Shown piece after piece: positions 36,906-40,611 of a stretch of DNA of 40,611 nucleotides. Source of the stretch: Spirogloea muscicola (taxonomy: Eukaryota); assembly GCA_009602725.1 (NCBI GenBank), contig WELB01000008.1, forward strand, positions 676,284 to 716,894, written 5' to 3'. Below the pieces are notes generated by a model that was given only the letters and a program-made list of their open reading frames with translations, made no database searches and was not told the DNA's origin. The translations under genes were made by a program, and so were the position numbers. Position 1 is the stretch's first letter. The number at the start of each line of letters is the position of its first letter.

Positions 36906-37807
36906 GTGTTCTTGAGCATTTGCTCCTTGGCCACAATATCTCACTGCCCATATCACTCGCCAAGCGAGCAATTCAAGTCCTTTGTTCTCAATCAGCAACT
37001 AATTGGTCCTAAGTTTTGACCTCTCTGTGCTTAGCAAACTCATTTCTAAATTTGTCTGCAATGTAATGGTGTACATGTGGACATTTTGAGATGTTTGAGG
37101 GAGGACCTTCTCAGGCAATTTCTAATCAAATGTACGATTCACACCAGAAAGTACCAAGAATCACATAGGTATTGAGGTCGTGTTGTCCTGAGGAGTTGGA
37201 CTCGCTTGAGAATAACTTGTGAGAGTGACATACCAACATGAGACCAGCGGTGTGCATGAGCTCACAATGTCATATGGGCGATGTTATAACCAAACTCTCG
37301 CATTGAAGAAGTAAAAGCTGCGCTGTAGCTTCCCTGAGTGCGTTGCTCGGTTGAACCACTAACCCATCACCACCAGGCAGGGTTGGTGTTGAGGGTCGTT
37401 TCTTGGATGAACCTATCCTAACGTATGATGCCCCTAGTCAATGACCTATATTATGCTGCACTCCATTGTCACCTTATGATCCAGTGCTAACAAGACATAC
37501 CAAGCTCGGTTGAGTAGAGCATGCAAACTACTCAGAAGAATTTGCAGACACTTAGGAACTTGAGATCCGCGAATCTCCACTCATCCGTGGCCCCCTGGCG
37601 TTTGTGTTAAAGCCGCTTCCCGGACCATGGGGAGGCCAACATTTTACAGCTGCCTCGACGACTCTCCAGACGCCTAATTCTCAACTCCGTTGTGCTTTTG
37701 GCCTGTTACCGTGGCCCTTCTTAGCCACGGGCTTCGTGCTATGTAGCCCGAGATTCCATGTTCTTTGCCTGAACAGTGTGCTGGCTCGGTTTGGCCTCTA
37801 TATGTGC

Positions 37808-38510
37808 GCACAGCGCGCCTTCTCTCTCGTCATTGACTTTCACAACTTCTCGTCCTTATCTATTGCAGGGCCATCGCCCCTTTTGTGGCTGCGTGGCTTG
37901 CGCCTTCTGGCGCCTGCAAGCCTTATTCTTTTCTTTTGGCTGGCCTTTTACAGCCCTCGGCCCCTAGAAGGAGCTGCTTTTCTTCCACAGCCACCACCTT
38001 CAGCCACCATTTGGCCCTCCCCTCGTTCTTTTGGCCTCTCTAACGATTGCCTAACATTGGAATAGCTGTCTCTCTGTAGCCAAGGGCTTTGCTTAATGTA
38101 GCCCATTGCTTGAACAAGTAGTCTTCACAATGTCTTGCCAAACCGTGCACTGGCTCTTGGCCTTGTTCATTCTCTTGTGGGCTGGATTTTCCAGCCCTCG
38201 GCCTGAAATACTCCTTCGTGGGCTCCCTTCTGTTCACGCGCCCCGCCGCGCGGCCTTCTCTCTCACGCTCGCCGGTCGCATGTCATTGAAAGAGAGGCCA
38301 ATTCTTGCCTTACGAAAGTCTTAATGACGGGGAAATGAGCTGGCTAAGGGGGAGTAAGTTTTCTCAGACGGAGAGTAAGTTTCAGATGTTCTGCGCGTTC
38401 TGGCCTTTCGGACCTTGTTCAGTCCTTTGGGCTGGCCTCTCACACGGACCTTGTCAAGTCTTTTTGGGCAGTCTTATCACAGCCTCTGACCCTGGCAAGA
38501 AACGAGTGTG
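37808..38510 (+). repeat. GGGCTGGC-hairpin repeat family cluster (degenerate)
   Basis: Cores at about 37938 (GGCTGGCCTTTTACAGCC), 38179 (GGGCTGGATTTTCCAGCCC) and 38429 (GGGCTGGCCTCTCAC); GCGC(G)GCCTTCTCTC at about 37813 and 38248 is shared with about 34611. Confidence 0.7.
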
Positions 38511-39080
38511 TAAAGAGATGGAGGGCCTCTGTGACCAAGTACAAAGGCAAGCACATTCACAAATGTACGTCACCTGCTGCTAAGCTGACCCGCTCAGTAA
38601 CCAGTCAGCACGAATCAGCATATAGAGGTAGCTAACTGATGCCCGAATATCGGACGGCAATTGACAAGCTCTTGAGCTACCAGCTAAGGCTCGACCAGCT
38701 TCCCGATGCAACGCATGAGCCTGAGCTCGCTGCAGACAAGCTGACACTCGACGTCGCAAGAATGACAAGTAGGCTACCGGCATGCCCATCTGAGCTGGAA
38801 GCATATCCTCACGTCGAGCATATCCCAAACTTGCAGTATTCTCCAGTAAGCTACTGAAGCGAGGACCCCGGCAAGGGAACCAGCTACCAGGAGACCAGGT
38901 TTTGCAACCTGCGGCTGCTCAAGAGGGAAAATTCCGTGTATTAGAAACAAATGTAGGCCAAATGGCCAAGTACTTAGGCAAGCACATCAAAAGATCTACA
39001 TAACCTACAGCAGATTGACCCTCTCAACAACCACGGGTCAAAACATGAAGGTCACTAATCGATGCATGAATCAACAGGGG

Positions 39081-39750
39081 ATACTGAGTGTTTCTTAGCT
39101 ACTTGTTTCCTTGTGTGCTTTAGCGCTCTCCCCGGCTGCTGTATTCCTGGCCCCCTCGAACTTTGTTTGTTCTTTCTTTCTGGGCTGGCCTCTCAAATTG
39201 CATTTTCAGGCCCCTTCGTCATTGTGGCCCCTTCGACCCTTCGTCGAATCTTTTCGGGCTGGCTTTTCACAGCCCTTGCCCCCACTGGGAGAGCCACTTC
39301 TCTCACAGCCGCCGCCATCTCCTTCAACTTGCCTCTTTGGATTTTGTCCATTCTCTTTGGGTGGGCTGGCTTTGCCAGCCCCTCTGCTCTATGGGCGAGC
39401 AATTTTTCCTGGAAGCTCACTTCTCTCTATCAGGGCGACGTCTTTCCACCAGCTAGCTACTCGGATCTGCATCTCCTGTCTAGAGGTTACTGAGCGTTCC
39501 CTGGCTGATGTCTTAGTCCTAGTCGTTCACTCTCAAGCTCCCTCAGACTTGTCCATTCTTTTGGGCTGGCCTTTCCCAGCCACCAGTCAATCTGGCCGCG
39601 CTTTCTTTCTTTTTTTTCTCTATCACGGCCCTCGCCCCCTTTGAAAAGCGGCATTCTTATCTTTGGACGAGCTTCACTTCTCACAGCAATTGCCTTACAG
39701 TTAAGCAGAGCTGTTTCCGCCAGCCCCTCTCTTCTATGGGCGAGCTTTTC
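39081..39750 (+). repeat. GGGCTGGC-hairpin repeat family cluster
   Basis: Leader ACTGAGTGTTTCTTAGCTACTT...TAGCGCT at 39083-39127; cores at about 39182, 39256, 39363, 39563; CAGCCCCT-N-CTATGGGCGAGC module at about 39376 and 39721, with variants at about 35013 and, reversed, about 34730. Confidence 0.85.
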
Positions 39751-39809
39751 CTTGTTAGAGTGAGGAAGCTGTTTCTACTTTTCCTCTCTTCCACACCGCG
39801 CCGCTGCCA

Positions 39810-39938
39810 ACACGTGTCAGCGAGGCACGGCGCTTGCAGGCGGCCCCCCCACTGCCACGTGGTACTTCAGGGCAGTACCACGTGCCGCTTACTGTGCCTT
39901 CGGAGGCGACGAAGGCGGAGGAGCCGGCGCCACGTGGC
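39810..39938. promoter_or_regulatory. Cluster of four G-box/ABRE motifs
   Basis: ACACGTGTC 39810-39818, GCCACGTGG 39854-39862, CCACGTGCC 39878-39886, palindromic GCCACGTGGC 39929-39938. Confidence 0.65.
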
Positions 39939-40567
39939 AGACGTACTTCCTTCGGCAGTCCCTAGGAGGCGGGGGGGCTTGGTACACACGAGGAGCACGC
40001 AGGGGGGGTGGGGGAAAGAAGGCGCTCGGTGAGCATACTTACAGTGTGGCCAAATCAAGCCAATGCATCGTAAAGTGAATGCTAGAGCAAGAAGGTGGGG
40101 CTACATGAATCGAAGCCGTTTGCTAAGATGGCGAAGGTAAACGGTGTTCCTGTATAACTGAAATAAACGAAGGCCAAAATGGGCAAGCACATCTGCACAT
40201 CTGTAGGGGGGGGTGGAAGGGGAGGGGGCCTGTTTTGTCCCCCTCGGCACCCCCTGCCCTCCCTCCCCCACCTCCCTCCTCCCACGGCCAGAGTCCACCT
40301 CCACCACCACGGCCTCCCCATCTCTTAATACACATGTCCCCTCCCCTCACCACCACGGGAGTAGTACGAGCGCACTGCCTGCCCAGCCTGTGGCCCCGCT
40401 AGTATGGTTTGCCGCCGCTAAAATGTTTACGCAAACCCTTCGTATTCGCCCGGCTGGCTTCTGCAGCTGCTCTCTTAACATCAGCAGCTGCACTCTGTCC
40501 CCCCCTCGACGGGTACAAGCCCGCAGCCGCGCCGCCGCCGCCGCCCCGCGGCCCGTCGGCGGCCGCC

Positions 40568-40611
40568 ATGGCTGCCGCCGCCCTCGGGCTCGGTCGGCTG
40601 CCGTCGCCGTC
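40568..40611 (+). CDS. Probable start of an unidentified gene (MAAAALGLGRLPSP...), running off the window
   Basis: GCCGCCATGG context preceded by a GCC run, like the other gene starts in this window; only 14 complete codons visible. Confidence 0.5.
   Translation, partial: MAAAALGLGRLPSP

Noticed and set aside
38639..38857. 72-aa ORF between two repeat clusters as a possible transposase or captured gene fragment
   Set aside because: No recognisable transposase, RT or Rep/helicase motif; cannot be supported without a search.
37604..39644. Hydrophobic F/L/S/P-rich ORFs (37604-38065, 39062-39493, 39111-39644) and their equivalents near 21193 and 34595
   Set aside because: Translations of the pyrimidine-rich repeat family (recurring GLAS/GWP peptides); no splice or start-context support.
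40205..40320. G-tract followed by C-rich tract (G-quadruplex or H-DNA potential)
   Set aside because: Low-complexity promoter sequence; no specific evidence of function.

Overview
Eukaryotic, intron-dense nuclear DNA from a green plant lineage. A streptophyte alga is the best inference, given land-plant-like proteins, many short introns and (GCC)n-rich gene starts; the species cannot be determined. In order, the window holds: (1) a 5'-truncated FGAM synthase gene (PUR4/purL, + strand, about 33 exons); (2) a convergent alpha-glucan water dikinase gene (GWD1, - strand) whose start codon is not visible near an N placeholder; (3) a P3A plasma-membrane H+-ATPase (- strand) with a C-terminal R domain ending YTL; (4) head-to-head with it, the first exon of a probable malic enzyme, followed by a second N with no further exons; (5) two tandem 3-exon paralogues encoding G/Q/Y/N-rich disordered proteins with ASR (ABA/WDS)-like C-termini; (6) the start of another gene at the right edge. 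Intergenic DNA upstream of three genes carries a dispersed, modular repeat family built on a GGGCTGG-N-CCAGCCC mini-hairpin, next to G-box/ABRE clusters. A tRNA-like relic lies in H+-ATPase intron 1. All exon structures were derived by hand from splice sites and remembered family motifs; no database search was run.
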